Shown: positions 1 to 10,151 of the stretch, piece by piece
Numbering within the stretch: the first letter of the stretch is position 1
Layout: each line of letters begins with the position of its first letter
Virus record (IMG/VR): IMGVR_UViG_3300033068_001924
Span: 3,305 to 67,304 of that record
Source of the DNA: a virus
Taxonomy: Duplodnaviria; Caudoviricetes
Strand: one strand, 5' to 3'
Length of the DNA stretch: 64,000 bases
Notes under the pieces: generated by a model
Database searches by the model: none
What the model saw: the letters and a program-made list of their open reading frames with translations, nothing else
What the model was told of the DNA's origin: nothing
Program-made: the position numbers and the translations under genes

Positions 1-2
1 CG

Positions 3-1610
3 ATGACCGCCAAGAACCGCGCCGCCATTCTGGCTGAAATCGATCTTCTGATCGACAATACCACCAAGGCGATCACGCCGGCGCAGCTGCGGGCGGTGCT
101 GACGACCTTGGTCGATTCCGGCTTCATCAAGCTGGAGAACGAGATCGCGCAGGGCAACGTCACCAGCCTGCCGGCTGATCTCAATGCCATCACCGCCAGC
201 ATCGCCGGCCTCAGCAAGCCCGACAAGCTGTTTCACAACAATGTCTCGCAGCGCGCGGTCGCCACCTCGACCGGGCTGTGGCTGTTCACGCCGAATTACG
301 AGAGCAATGCCGCCGCTATCGCCGGCGGGCTGCAGCCGGGCGAATTATACATCACCGCCGCCGGCGAGGTGCGCGGTGTCTACGCCGCCTCGACCGCCAC
401 CATCGTCGCCCCGACCGGCGTCGATGCCCCGACCGGGCGCGGCACGCTGGCGGCGCCCTACAAGACGCTGGCCTATGCCCATGCCCGCGCCGTACCGGGC
501 GACACCATCCTGATGCGGGGCGGCACCTACGCCCTGACAGTCTCGGACGTATTGACCAAGGACGGCACCGCCGGGCTGCCGATCACCGTCGGCAATTATG
601 GCACCGAGGTGCCGATTCTCGATGGCTCGGCGCTTGTCGCCGGCTACGATTCCGGCTGGTGTCTGGTGCTCGATTCCTGCTCGTGGCAGAATATCTACGG
701 CCTTGAGATCAAGGACGCCCCGGATGGTGGCCTGATCCTTGTCGGACTGTCGGGCAACAACAATCTCACCGGCCTCCACGTCCATCACATCGGCCCCTCG
801 ACGATCGAGGGCAAGGGCATCACGCTCTATGGCTCCGGCTCGAACAATTACTTTCTCAACTGCGATGCTCATCACTGCACCAACACCGATTACGAGGATG
901 CTGACGGCTTCCAGATTTCGACCACCGGCAGCGGCACCATCCTGCGCTGGTGCCGGGCGTGGAGCAATTCCGACGACGGCTTCGATCTGTTCAATATTCA
1001 GGACAACACCGTCGGCGGCCTCGCTCTGGTTGACGGCTGCTGGTCGTGGCTCAACGGCTACCGTGAGGATGGCGTTACCGCCGGTGGCGACGGTTCCGGG
1101 TTCAAGCTCGGCGGCACGCGCGGCGGCACCACCGGCAATTCCGGCGGCCATACCGTGCGCAATTGTCTGGCGTGGAAGAACCGGGTCTATGGTTTCTCCG
1201 ACAACGGTGCGCAGAAGGCGATCTTTGTCTACAACAACACCGGCTGGGCCAACCGCAACGAAGGCGTCAGCAACGGCTACAACTTCTATTTCCAGAGTTC
1301 GACCGCCGACACCCTGCGCAACAACCTCTCGGCCGGGCCGATCGGGCTCGACAGCGTCGGGGTCGCTTCGAGCAACATCCAGACCAACAATTCGTGGAAC
1401 GCGGCGATCGGCGTCACCGTCTCCGACGCCGATTTCGTCTCGCTGGTCTACACCCACATGGACGATGCGCGCGGCGCCGATTTCGCGCTGCCGGCCAATG
1501 CTGGTTTCCTGCGCCTTGCGCCGGGCTCCGATTGCATCAACAAGGGGGTCAATGTCGGCCTGCCGTTCAATGGCCCGGCGCCCGATCTCGGCGCCTATGA
1601 AACCGTGTAA
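3..1610 (+). CDS. Tail spike/depolymerase with PL9 (pectate lyase L-like) right-handed beta-helix
   Basis: PYKTL..A...GDTILMRGGTY, DADGF, NSDDGFDLF and GDGSGFKLGG motifs typical of PL9; lies just before the tail adaptor and fibre genes. Confidence 0.75.
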   Translation: MTAKNRAAILAEIDLLIDNTTKAITPAQLRAVLTTLVDSGFIKLENEIAQGNVTSLPADLNAITASIAGLSKPDKLFHNNVSQRAVATSTGLWLFTPNYESNAAAIAGGLQPGELYITAAGEVRGVYAASTATIVAPTGVDAPTGRGTLAAPYKTLAYAHARAVPGDTILMRGGTYALTVSDVLTKDGTAGLPITVGNYGTEVPILDGSALVAGYDSGWCLVLDSCSWQNIYGLEIKDAPDGGLILVGLSGNNNLTGLHVHHIGPSTIEGKGITLYGSGSNNYFLNCDAHHCTNTDYEDADGFQISTTGSGTILRWCRAWSNSDDGFDLFNIQDNTVGGLALVDGCWSWLNGYREDGVTAGGDGSGFKLGGTRGGTTGNSGGHTVRNCLAWKNRVYGFSDNGAQKAIFVYNNTGWANRNEGVSNGYNFYFQSSTADTLRNNLSAGPIGLDSVGVASSNIQTNNSWNAAIGVTVSDADFVSLVYTHMDDARGADFALPANAGFLRLAPGSDCINKGVNVGLPFNGPAPDLGAYETV

Positions 1611-1622
1611 GGGGGAGCCGGC

Positions 1623-2261
1623 GTGGCCACGACGATCACCTTCGACTCCCTGACCGCCGATCTCGGGCGCTATCTCGAAAAGGCCCGGCGGCCCGATTCC
1701 GAGGCTTACGCGCAAATTCCGCGCGTCATCAATCTCGCCGAGCGGGTGATGGTCGACGAGTTGAAGCTGCAGGGCTACGAGGCGACCCTGCGCGGCGCCA
1801 TGCAGGCCGGCAAGGCGATCTACCCCAAGCCCGATCGCTGGCGCGAGACGCTGTCGATGTTTGTCGAAGTTGATGGCGAGATGCGCCCGGTCTATCCGCG
1901 TGGTTATGAATATGCCCGCCAGTACTGGCCCGATGTCGGCGAGACCGAGGTGCCGCTGTTCTATGCCGATCATGGTGTCGATCATTTTCTGATCGTGCCG
2001 ACGCCGGCCGAGGCCTATCCGTGGGAATTGAAGGCCTATCTGCAGGAGCGCCTGCTCGGCCCCGAGACGCAGGCCAACTGGCTCACCCGCGCCAACGGCC
2101 CGGCGCTGCAATGGCAGAGCCTGAAACAGATGGCGATCTTCCTCAAGAAGATCGAGGAGGCGAAGTTTTTCGAGAGCCAATACGCCCAGACCATCGGCGC
2201 CAAGGTGGCTGAGGACGGCAAGAAACTGATGGACCGCGCCGCCGAGCGGGATGGAGCCTGA
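1623..2261 (+). CDS. Putative head-tail adaptor (tail tubular protein A-like)
   Basis: 212 aa, GTG start after GGGGAG; position and size in a podovirus-type tail module. Confidence 0.5.
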   Translation: MATTITFDSLTADLGRYLEKARRPDSEAYAQIPRVINLAERVMVDELKLQGYEATLRGAMQAGKAIYPKPDRWRETLSMFVEVDGEMRPVYPRGYEYARQYWPDVGETEVPLFYADHGVDHFLIVPTPAEAYPWELKAYLQERLLGPETQANWLTRANGPALQWQSLKQMAIFLKKIEEAKFFESQYAQTIGAKVAEDGKKLMDRAAERDGA

Positions 2262-2263
2262 TC

Positions 2264-4225
2264 ATGAGCTGGTTGGACGTTTTTGGCGGCAACACGGTGC
2301 ACCAGACGGTGGTGTCGCTGCGCGAGTATGACATCACCGGCACCCTGACACTGGACTGGCCACGTGAGGCCACGGCCGGTGATACGCTCGCCGATCTCGT
2401 CATTCTCTCCGGCAATGGCGGCACCGTGGTGATGCCGGAGGCCAGCGCCGGCTCGCTCGGCCCGGCCGCGCTGATCTACAACATCGGCACCGACGATTAC
2501 ATCGTCACCAAGAACGACGCCGTCGAGATCGCGACGCTGGCGCCCGGGGTCGCCTATCTCGTCGTCCTGCGCGACAACAGCGACAGCGCCGGGACGTGGC
2601 TGGCCTTCGAGTTCGGCGCCGCGTCGAGCCTCGTGCAGGCCGCCTCGCTGGGTTCGCCGACCATCGTGTCGCGCGGTGGTCTCTTGGTGCAGGCGATGCC
2701 GGTCTCCAGCATCTCCAGCGATTATATTCTCGGCGAACTGGAGCGCGCCCAGCTGATCAACTGGGTCGGCGGTGTCGGCATCCTGACCCTGACCTCGGCG
2801 TCGACCCTCGGCAATGGCTGGTTCTGTCATGTCCGCAATTCCGGCGACGGCACGCTGACTGTCGATTCGCCCGGCAGCGAAGAGATCGACAACACCTCGG
2901 CGGTCCAGCTCAATCCTAACGAGAGCATGATCGTCGCTACCGACGGCGCCAATTTCTTCACCGTGCGCGGCGATGCCGACGGCGGTAGCGAGGCCTTCTC
3001 CTACATCTCGATCGACGTCAACGGCGCCGGCGATTACGTCCTGTCGGCGGCTGAGCAGGGCTTTTCCGCCTATCGTCTGACCGGCGGCCTGTCGGCGGCG
3101 CGCAACATCATCGTGCCGACGACGCTGGGCCGCTTCATCCTGCGCAACGAGACCACCGGCCTCTTCACCCTGACGGTCAAGACCGCCGCCGGCACCGGCG
3201 TCACCGTCGGCACTGACGAATCGAAATATCTCTATTGCGACGGCACCAATGTCCGCGACGCCGCGACCGCCGGCATCTCGACTCCGGTGCAGGTGTCGGA
3301 GGGCGGCACCGGCGCCACCTCGGCCTCAGCCGCGCGCAACAATCTCGGCCTGACCTCGATCGGCAATGCCATCGCCACCGCCGCCAACGACACCGCCGTG
3401 CGCTCGGCCGCCGGTGCCTCGACGATCGGCGATGCGGTGTTCGTCGCCACCACCACCGCCATTGCGCTCACCGCGCTCGGCATGTCGACGATCGGCAAGG
3501 CGCTGGCGGTCGCCTCCTCGGCGGCCAATGCCCGCAACACGCTGGTGCTCGGCAACGTCAACAACACCGCTGATCTCGACAAGCCGGTCTCGACGGCGCA
3601 GACTGCGGCGATCAATGCCGCTGTCGCCAATCGGGTGAGCAAGACCGGCGACACCCTTGAAGGGCTGCTCACCATCAAGGGCGCCGGGACTGCCCAAGGC
3701 GTGCTGGCGCTCAACGGCTATGGCACCATCGGCGGGGTTAATTACGGCAGCACCATCACCTTCAATGACTTCTCGTACGGTGGCCCGGTGCTCATCCGGC
3801 CATTCCACCAGCCCGGCGTGGTGGCTGGTCTGCAAATCTCACTTAACGGCATCGATCGTTGGGAATTCATCAATGGCGGCGCCGCGCTCAAGGCGGTCGC
3901 CGGCAGTTGGTCGGCTTTGTCGGATGCCCGCATCAAGCGCAACGTCACGCCTTATCTGTCGGGGCTGGAGCAAATTCTGGCCCTCGATCCGGTGCATTAC
4001 TCGTTCCGGCATGACAGTGGCTATGATCCCGGGCCGGTGCATATTGGCCTGATCGCGCAGGCGGCCGAGCTGGCGATGCCGGAGCTGGTCTCGATTGCCC
4101 CCGGGGTTGCCGGCGCGATCGAATGCGAGGATATGCGGACGCTCGATCCGACCGCCCTGACCTACGCCCTGATCAATGCGGTCAAGGCCCTGCACGCCCG
4201 CGTCGTCGAGCTGGAGAGCCGCTGA
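2264..4225 (+). CDS. Tail fibre with C-terminal intramolecular chaperone (peptidase S74)
   Basis: Ala/Gly/Thr-rich repeats; C-terminal SDARIKRN...GLIAQ...LINAVKAL..RV.ELE signature. Confidence 0.8.
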   Translation: MSWLDVFGGNTVHQTVVSLREYDITGTLTLDWPREATAGDTLADLVILSGNGGTVVMPEASAGSLGPAALIYNIGTDDYIVTKNDAVEIATLAPGVAYLVVLRDNSDSAGTWLAFEFGAASSLVQAASLGSPTIVSRGGLLVQAMPVSSISSDYILGELERAQLINWVGGVGILTLTSASTLGNGWFCHVRNSGDGTLTVDSPGSEEIDNTSAVQLNPNESMIVATDGANFFTVRGDADGGSEAFSYISIDVNGAGDYVLSAAEQGFSAYRLTGGLSAARNIIVPTTLGRFILRNETTGLFTLTVKTAAGTGVTVGTDESKYLYCDGTNVRDAATAGISTPVQVSEGGTGATSASAARNNLGLTSIGNAIATAANDTAVRSAAGASTIGDAVFVATTTAIALTALGMSTIGKALAVASSAANARNTLVLGNVNNTADLDKPVSTAQTAAINAAVANRVSKTGDTLEGLLTIKGAGTAQGVLALNGYGTIGGVNYGSTITFNDFSYGGPVLIRPFHQPGVVAGLQISLNGIDRWEFINGGAALKAVAGSWSALSDARIKRNVTPYLSGLEQILALDPVHYSFRHDSGYDPGPVHIGLIAQAAELAMPELVSIAPGVAGAIECEDMRTLDPTALTYALINAVKALHARVVELESR

Positions 4226-4229
4226 GATC

Positions 4230-5786
4230 ATGGTCAGCACCCCAACCCCGGTCCTGTCGAAGCCCGGCATCCGCCGCGACGGCACCCGGCTGTCGTCGCA
4301 GGCCCATACCGATGGCGTCTGGGTCCGCTTTTCCGATGGCGTGGCGCGCAAGATCGGCGGCTATCGCTCGCTCACCCGCCGCCTCGGCGGGCTGTCGCGC
4401 GGGTTGCATCTCGGCGCCGCCAATGGTGTCAATTACCTGCACAGTGGCGCTGCCGACCGGCTCGAACAGATGCAATTGCTGCCCGGCGGCACCGCCGCGC
4501 CGCTGGTCGCCCGCACTCCGGCAGGACTGGTGCCGGATGAGCATCACGTCTGGAGCTTCGATTCGATCTTCGACACCGTCGACGGCAAGTGGAGCCTTGT
4601 CGCGCATGCCGCGCCGAATGCCCTGCGCATCGACAGCACAGTGCCGGGCGGGGTCTATATCGGCGATCTGTCCGCCACCGCCATCCTTACCGCCGTGCCC
4701 GATGGCGGGAGCGATTTCGCGGTCTCCGGCGGGCTGTGCGCGGTCCACCCGTTCATGTTCTATTTCGGCGACAGCCTGATCTGGTCGGTCTCGAACAAGC
4801 CCGGCAACGTCACGTCGGTCTCCGGCACCGGCACCAACATCGCCGCCGGCGAGGCCCGCCCGGCCGGCTCGAAGCTGATCGCCGGGCGCTCGCTGCGCGG
4901 TCTCGGCGTGCCCGGCGGCCTGTTCTGGTCGCTCGACACCCTGATCCGGGGCACCTATGTCGGTGGCGCCGCGACGTGGGATTTCGACACGCTCGCCGGC
5001 ATCGACATCCTGTCGCCGCGCTCGATCGTTGAATACAATGGCATCTATTTCTGGGTTGGCGCCGGCCGTTTCTGCATGTTCTCCGGCTCCGGTGTCGTCG
5101 ATGTGCCGAATCCGTTCAACCGGGCATGGTTCTTCGATCACCTCAACAAGGCCTATGCGGCGCGCATCTTCGGCTTTGCCATCCCCGAGCGCGGCGAGGT
5201 CTGGTTCTGTTTCCCGAAGGACGATGCAACCGAATGCAACCATGCGGTCATCCTGCATGTTGCCTCCGGCAATTGGTGGGACACGCCGCTGCCCGGCGGC
5301 GGGCGGTCGGTCGGGCTGTCGCCAGCCTCGACCTTTCCGTGGCCGATCCTGTCCGGGGTCGACGAGGATGACAACCAGTTCACCTTGTGGAATCACGAAT
5401 TCGGTCTCGACGAGGTCGACGGCGACCGCGCCCCCCGGGCGATCCGGTCCTACTTCACCACCAGCGACATCACCCTGTTGCGCGGCGACAAGCCGTCGCT
5501 CGGCTCAGTGCAGGTGCTCGGGCTTGAGCCCGATTTCGTGCAGGTCGGCGACATGACGGTGACCGTCTACGGCAATTCCACCAGCCGCGCCCCGACCGAG
5601 ATCGCCGCGCCGGTGGTGATTTCCGATCCCGGCACCGGCGTCGCCGAGGGGCTGGAGGTCATCGAACTCGACAACGAGCACCGGCAAATCCGCTTCCGTT
5701 TTGAATCGAACTGCCTCGGCGGTGATTACGAGGCCGGGCAGACCTTCGCCCACATCACCCCGGTCGAAGGGCGGGTGACCGGATGA
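4230..5786 (+). CDS. Putative tail nozzle / packaged-DNA stabilisation protein
   Basis: About 518 aa, beta-rich; sits between the fibre and ejection genes; start moved to ATG 4230. Confidence 0.5.
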   Translation: MVSTPTPVLSKPGIRRDGTRLSSQAHTDGVWVRFSDGVARKIGGYRSLTRRLGGLSRGLHLGAANGVNYLHSGAADRLEQMQLLPGGTAAPLVARTPAGLVPDEHHVWSFDSIFDTVDGKWSLVAHAAPNALRIDSTVPGGVYIGDLSATAILTAVPDGGSDFAVSGGLCAVHPFMFYFGDSLIWSVSNKPGNVTSVSGTGTNIAAGEARPAGSKLIAGRSLRGLGVPGGLFWSLDTLIRGTYVGGAATWDFDTLAGIDILSPRSIVEYNGIYFWVGAGRFCMFSGSGVVDVPNPFNRAWFFDHLNKAYAARIFGFAIPERGEVWFCFPKDDATECNHAVILHVASGNWWDTPLPGGGRSVGLSPASTFPWPILSGVDEDDNQFTLWNHEFGLDEVDGDRAPRAIRSYFTTSDITLLRGDKPSLGSVQVLGLEPDFVQVGDMTVTVYGNSTSRAPTEIAAPVVISDPGTGVAEGLEVIELDNEHRQIRFRFESNCLGGDYEAGQTFAHITPVEGRVTG

Positions 5787-5995
5787 TCGACAAGAGTGAT
5801 CCGCTCGATCCGCGTGAGGCCGGCCTGATGGCCCGCGTCCGCCGCTGGATCAATGGCCGTTCCGGGGTCGGCGAAACGTCTGCCCGACCGCTGGCGCCGC
5901 CGTTTGTCGGCTACCCCTATTTCGACACCACCTTGGGCATCCCGATCTGGTGGAATGGCACCGGCTGGGTCGATGCCACCGGAACTGCCGCCTGA
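5783..5995 (+). CDS. Small virion-associated hypothetical protein
   Basis: ATGA overlap with the upstream gene; YFDTTLGIPIWWNGTGWVDATG motif seen in phage tail modules. Confidence 0.55.
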   Translation: MIDKSDPLDPREAGLMARVRRWINGRSGVGETSARPLAPPFVGYPYFDTTLGIPIWWNGTGWVDATGTAA

Positions 5996-5996
5996 C

Positions 5997-6031
5997 CCCT
6001 TCCCGCACTATGGCGGGGCACGGTATATCGC
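5997..6031 (+). promoter_or_regulatory. Candidate late promoter (CCCTT..CGCACTAT-N10-GGTATATCGC)
   Basis: Matches the motif found upstream of other late operons. Confidence 0.5.
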
Positions 6032-6052
6032 GCCGGTGGAGGGCGGGCCGTC

Positions 6053-7222
6053 ATGTTCAATAGCGACTTTTTCCCCGTTCGTCTCAGCGAGGGCGGTGTG
6101 CCGGGCTATGCCGAGGGCGGCCTTGCCTCGGCGGCTGACGCGGTCTCGGAGGCCGGGCGCGGCGGCGACGACGTCATCATCCACATCAACCGCGACGAGC
6201 TGGATGAGCTGGTCAAGGAATGGGGCGAGCCGACGATCAACCCCGAGACCGGCTACCCGGAGTTTTTCCTTAAAGGTTTGCGTGACTGGTTCTCCGACAA
6301 CCAATGGGCCAACATCGCCCTGCCGATCGCCACCGGCGTGCTGGCGCCGGGCCTTGGCTCGGCCATCGGCTCGACGCTCGGCGGCGCCGTTGGCGCTGAC
6401 CTGTCGCCGGCATGGACCGGCGCGCTCGGCAATGGCCTGCTCGGCGCCGGGCTCGGCGCCCTCACCGGCGGCGGCACCGGCGCCCTGCTCGGCGGCCTCT
6501 CTGGCGGCCTGACCGGCTATATGTCTTCGCCCGGCGACAGCCTGCCGACCGTCGCCAAGGGTGGCATGGGACCGGACATTCCGGCCGGATTCACGCCGCC
6601 GTCAGGGTCGTCCTCGTCGGGCTTCTCGCTCGGCGACACCGGCGCGGCGTTGAAGGCAGCGGTGCCGATTCTGGCGCTGGCCGGCGGCCTTGGCGGTCTC
6701 GGCAAGGGCAGCAGCAAGCCGGCGACCTCCTCTATCGAGCAGCAGGAGGCGGAAGCGCGCAACAATGAGCCGCTGTCGCGGGTCAGGATGACCAAGCAGC
6801 GCCGCCCCATGCCGCGTGATCTCCGCAATTACGGCCGCAGCGGCTCGAAGGAATATGCGTTCTTTTCCGGCAACGCGCTGCCCGAGGAATATGCCGATGG
6901 CGGCGACGTGGCGCCGGCGTTCGCCGAGGATTTGTCGCCGGGCGGCTACACCAGCGCGATGACCGAGGATGGCCATACCGGGAATCAGGCGCCGGGCGAT
7001 GGCCGTGCCGACACCATGCCGGCCTTGGTCTCCAACAACGAGTACATTTTCGATGCCGAGAGTGTCGCCCTGCTCGGCAATGGCTCGCCCGATGCCGGCG
7101 CCGAGGCGCTCGACGAATTCCGGCGCAATCTGCGCAAGCACAAGGGCCGGGCGCTGGCGCGAGGAGAGATCAGTCCTGACGCCCTCGCCCCCGAGCAATA
7201 TCTGTCGCGAGGTGATTTCTGA
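6053..7222 (+). CDS. Internal virion/ejection protein 1
   Basis: TINPETGYPEFF and GDGRAD..PA.VSNNEYIFDA..VALLGNGS motifs, Gly-rich hydrophobic segments, YAEGG and YADGG motifs. Confidence 0.65.
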   Translation: MFNSDFFPVRLSEGGVPGYAEGGLASAADAVSEAGRGGDDVIIHINRDELDELVKEWGEPTINPETGYPEFFLKGLRDWFSDNQWANIALPIATGVLAPGLGSAIGSTLGGAVGADLSPAWTGALGNGLLGAGLGALTGGGTGALLGGLSGGLTGYMSSPGDSLPTVAKGGMGPDIPAGFTPPSGSSSSGFSLGDTGAALKAAVPILALAGGLGGLGKGSSKPATSSIEQQEAEARNNEPLSRVRMTKQRRPMPRDLRNYGRSGSKEYAFFSGNALPEEYADGGDVAPAFAEDLSPGGYTSAMTEDGHTGNQAPGDGRADTMPALVSNNEYIFDAESVALLGNGSPDAGAEALDEFRRNLRKHKGRALARGEISPDALAPEQYLSRGDF

Positions 7223-8436
7223 TGGCGAGCGACCTTTCCGGCTTCTTGTTTCAGGGCACGCCGCCGCCCAACGTCAATTCGACCGGCCAGACCACGACGT
7301 CGGTGCCGAAATATATTCAGGACTACAACAAGCGCCTGCTGTCACAGGCGACCGCCGTCGGTAACCAGAAATACACCACCTATGGCGGCCAGCGCTTGGC
7401 CGATGTCGATCCGGCTCTGACCCAGAGCTGGCAGACCGCGATGGGCGCCTCGGGTTCGTACAAGCCGGCCTTCGGGCAGGCGACCGGGCAGCTCGACAAG
7501 GCGGCCGGCGGCGACGCTTCCGGTGCGGCGGCGCCCTACCTTTCGACGGCTGCCGGGATGTCGGCCACCGGCGCCGCCGCACCGGCGCTCAACATGGCGA
7601 TGGGGTCGACGGCCGACAGTGTCGGGCAGTATATGTCGCCCTACATCAGCAATGTCATCGACACCATCCAGCAGCGCGGCACGCAGAACCTGCAGGACAA
7701 TCTGCTGCCGGCGATGGGCGATGATTTCATCCGCAGCGGGCAGCTCAATTCGACGCGCCATCAGGCTGCCGCCGGCAAGGCGATGGCCGACACCCAGCGC
7801 GCCGTCACCGACGCCACCTCGCAGGCGCTCAACACCGGCTACACCACGGCGCTGGGGGCGGCTCAGAACGATCTCTCGCGTTACGCCAGCGTCGGCCAGA
7901 CGCAGGGCAACCTGACCAATGCCGAACAGCAGAATCAGGCCAATATCGGTCAGATGGCCGGCAACTTCAATTCGGTCGATACCCGCAACGCGCTCGATAC
8001 CGCGAGCGGCTATCTCACCGCCGGCAAGTCGACGCAGGCGGCTGGGTTGACCGAGGCGGCGGCGCAGGAGGCGGTCGGGCGCGGCCAGATGGGCGAGGAG
8101 CAGAAGAACCTCGATCTCGCCTATGGCGATTTCACCGACCAGCGCGATTACGACCGCAACCAGACCGCATGGCAGGCCGATCTGCTCAAGGGCCAGCCGT
8201 CGATGGGCGGCACCGTCTATACTTCGGAGAACAAGCCGCTTCCGGGGGCGCAGTATGGGTCGAGCGGGCTATCGCAGATCGCCGGTGCAGCGACCGGCGC
8301 GGCGGCGCTCAATGACCTGATCAAGAAGGCCAAGGGCGGCTATATCTCGACGCCCCGGCGCGGTTATGAAAGCAGCGGCCAGCGCCCACCACCGATACGG
8401 GTGCCTCGGCGCCAGAGTCAGAGGGAATACGCATAA
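7222..8436 (+). CDS. Internal virion/ejection protein 2
   Basis: Gln/Ala/Thr-rich pilot-protein-like composition; overlaps neighbours by 1 nt. Confidence 0.65.
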   Translation: MASDLSGFLFQGTPPPNVNSTGQTTTSVPKYIQDYNKRLLSQATAVGNQKYTTYGGQRLADVDPALTQSWQTAMGASGSYKPAFGQATGQLDKAAGGDASGAAAPYLSTAAGMSATGAAAPALNMAMGSTADSVGQYMSPYISNVIDTIQQRGTQNLQDNLLPAMGDDFIRSGQLNSTRHQAAAGKAMADTQRAVTDATSQALNTGYTTALGAAQNDLSRYASVGQTQGNLTNAEQQNQANIGQMAGNFNSVDTRNALDTASGYLTAGKSTQAAGLTEAAAQEAVGRGQMGEEQKNLDLAYGDFTDQRDYDRNQTAWQADLLKGQPSMGGTVYTSENKPLPGAQYGSSGLSQIAGAATGAAALNDLIKKAKGGYISTPRRGYESSGQRPPPIRVPRRQSQREYA

Positions 8437-10151
8437 TGGCCGGCGCGTTCAACGACATGGAGAGCCTGCTGGCGACGCGCCGGGCGCGCGAGACCGAGGC
8501 TTACAATTCGGCTCAGGCAGCAGCCGATCAGGCTTCGGCAGCGTTTGCCACACCGCGCCGCTCAAAGGCGTTGCTGGCGATGTCGGCCGGCTTTCTCAAG
8601 CCGACCCGTTCCGGCAGCTTTGGTGAAAGTCTCGGCTCGGCGCTCGAAGGTTATGCCACCGCCTCGGGCCTCGACGACGAGCGCGAACTCGACCGCAACA
8701 GCAAGCTCGCCGCCATCGCCGCCGGCAAAGCCCGGCTCATGCAGGATCGCGCCATCGGCGATTTTAATTCCGGCATGGCCCGCTTCGAGCTGCCCGGCCT
8801 CGCGCTCAAGCACCGCTACGACATGGAGGACCTCAGCGACGACGGCTCTGACGTTCCGGTTTTCCGGCCGCAGCTGCCGGGTCAGCGCAGCGACGTGCCG
8901 CCGGGCGGTGCGCCGACGCTGGCGCCGGTGGTGCCCGGGGCTCCCGCTCCGGCACCGCAGAATCCCAACACCAATGTCGGCTCGATCGCCCCGGTCGCAG
9001 AACAGGCGGTTGCCATGGCCGGCGATCCGGTGCAGCCCGGTGACGACGCGGTCAACTTCCCGCAGACCAATGGCCAATTGGCCAGCCTCGGCACGGTGGC
9101 CTCCGACGCTCCCCAGCCCGGCCTGCCGGCTGATCCCGCCGCGACAGCGCCGCCACCGTCGCCTCCAGCGCCGCAGCAGATGGCACAGGCCGCGCCGGCG
9201 GCCGTCCAGCAGCCGCAGCAGCCACCCGTGCCGACCTTGGCCGAGCAGCGCCTGCAATGGGCGCAGCAGGTCCGTGATGCGGCGATGAGCGACCCGGCCA
9301 AATGGGCGCGGCGGCCGAAGAACCGCGCCGCGCTGGAGATGGCCAACAAGACCATCGCCGAGGCGCAGCAGCAGCAGAGCCGCGACGTCCAGAACCAGCT
9401 CCGGTCGCTGGAGATCGACCTTAAGGAAGATCGGGTCAAGCGCCTTGAGACGCCGATGCTGGTCGAGCAGCGCAAGGCCGACATGAAGCGCATGGAGGAG
9501 GTCAATGCCGGGGCGCGGGAGGCGGCCAACACGCGGCAGGCGATCGACTCGACCGAGGCCGCCCGCCAGCGGCTGGTCGGCGGCGAGGCATGGCGTACCG
9601 GCTCGAACATCCAGTCGCGGTTTATCAACGGCCTGACCGAACTGCTCGTGGATGGTGGCGAAGGTGCGCTCAAGCAGGCTGTCGGCAGCCTTACTGCCGG
9701 GGTGATCAAGGCGCAGAACACCGGCGCGATCTCGGATGGTGAGCGCCGCACCTTCGAGGCGCAGGTGCCGGGCACCCAGATGGGGCCGAATTCGGCGCGC
9801 TGGGTGCTCGACATGGGCAGGGCTATTGCCTCGCGGGCCGAGGAGCAGGCGAATTTCTACCGCCGCTACATGACCACCTATGGCACCACCCTCGGTGCCG
9901 ACGATCAGTGGACGAAATTCATCAATGAAAACCCGCTCATCGGCATGGGCATGAAGGGTGAGCCGGTGGTCAAGGCCGAGCGTGCCGGGCAATGGCAGGA
10001 ATACCTCAAGCCACCGCAATATCTGATTGAGAGCGGGCGTTTTCCTCAGGCCGGCAGTGCCCCGCGCGGCATCACCCGGGAGGAGTATGACCGGCTCCCA
10101 TCGGGGGCCTCCTATCCCGGTCCCGATGGCTTGATCAGGCGGAAACAATAA
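8436..10151 (+). CDS. Internal virion/ejection protein 3
   Basis: Pro/Gln-rich linker with helical ends; coupled to neighbours. Confidence 0.6.
   Translation: MAGAFNDMESLLATRRARETEAYNSAQAAADQASAAFATPRRSKALLAMSAGFLKPTRSGSFGESLGSALEGYATASGLDDERELDRNSKLAAIAAGKARLMQDRAIGDFNSGMARFELPGLALKHRYDMEDLSDDGSDVPVFRPQLPGQRSDVPPGGAPTLAPVVPGAPAPAPQNPNTNVGSIAPVAEQAVAMAGDPVQPGDDAVNFPQTNGQLASLGTVASDAPQPGLPADPAATAPPPSPPAPQQMAQAAPAAVQQPQQPPVPTLAEQRLQWAQQVRDAAMSDPAKWARRPKNRAALEMANKTIAEAQQQQSRDVQNQLRSLEIDLKEDRVKRLETPMLVEQRKADMKRMEEVNAGAREAANTRQAIDSTEAARQRLVGGEAWRTGSNIQSRFINGLTELLVDGGEGALKQAVGSLTAGVIKAQNTGAISDGERRTFEAQVPGTQMGPNSARWVLDMGRAIASRAEEQANFYRRYMTTYGTTLGADDQWTKFINENPLIGMGMKGEPVVKAERAGQWQEYLKPPQYLIESGRFPQAGSAPRGITREEYDRLPSGASYPGPDGLIRRKQ

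Noticed and set aside
345-2180. Long antisense ORFs (also 4182-5396, 8562-10148, 45103-46758, 57597-58736, 59483-61126)
   Set aside because: Shadow frames of GC-rich genes, with no RBS and no recognisable motifs
1-4225. Diversity-generating retroelement acting on the tail fibre or spike
   Set aside because: No reverse transcriptase and no template/variable repeat pair seen
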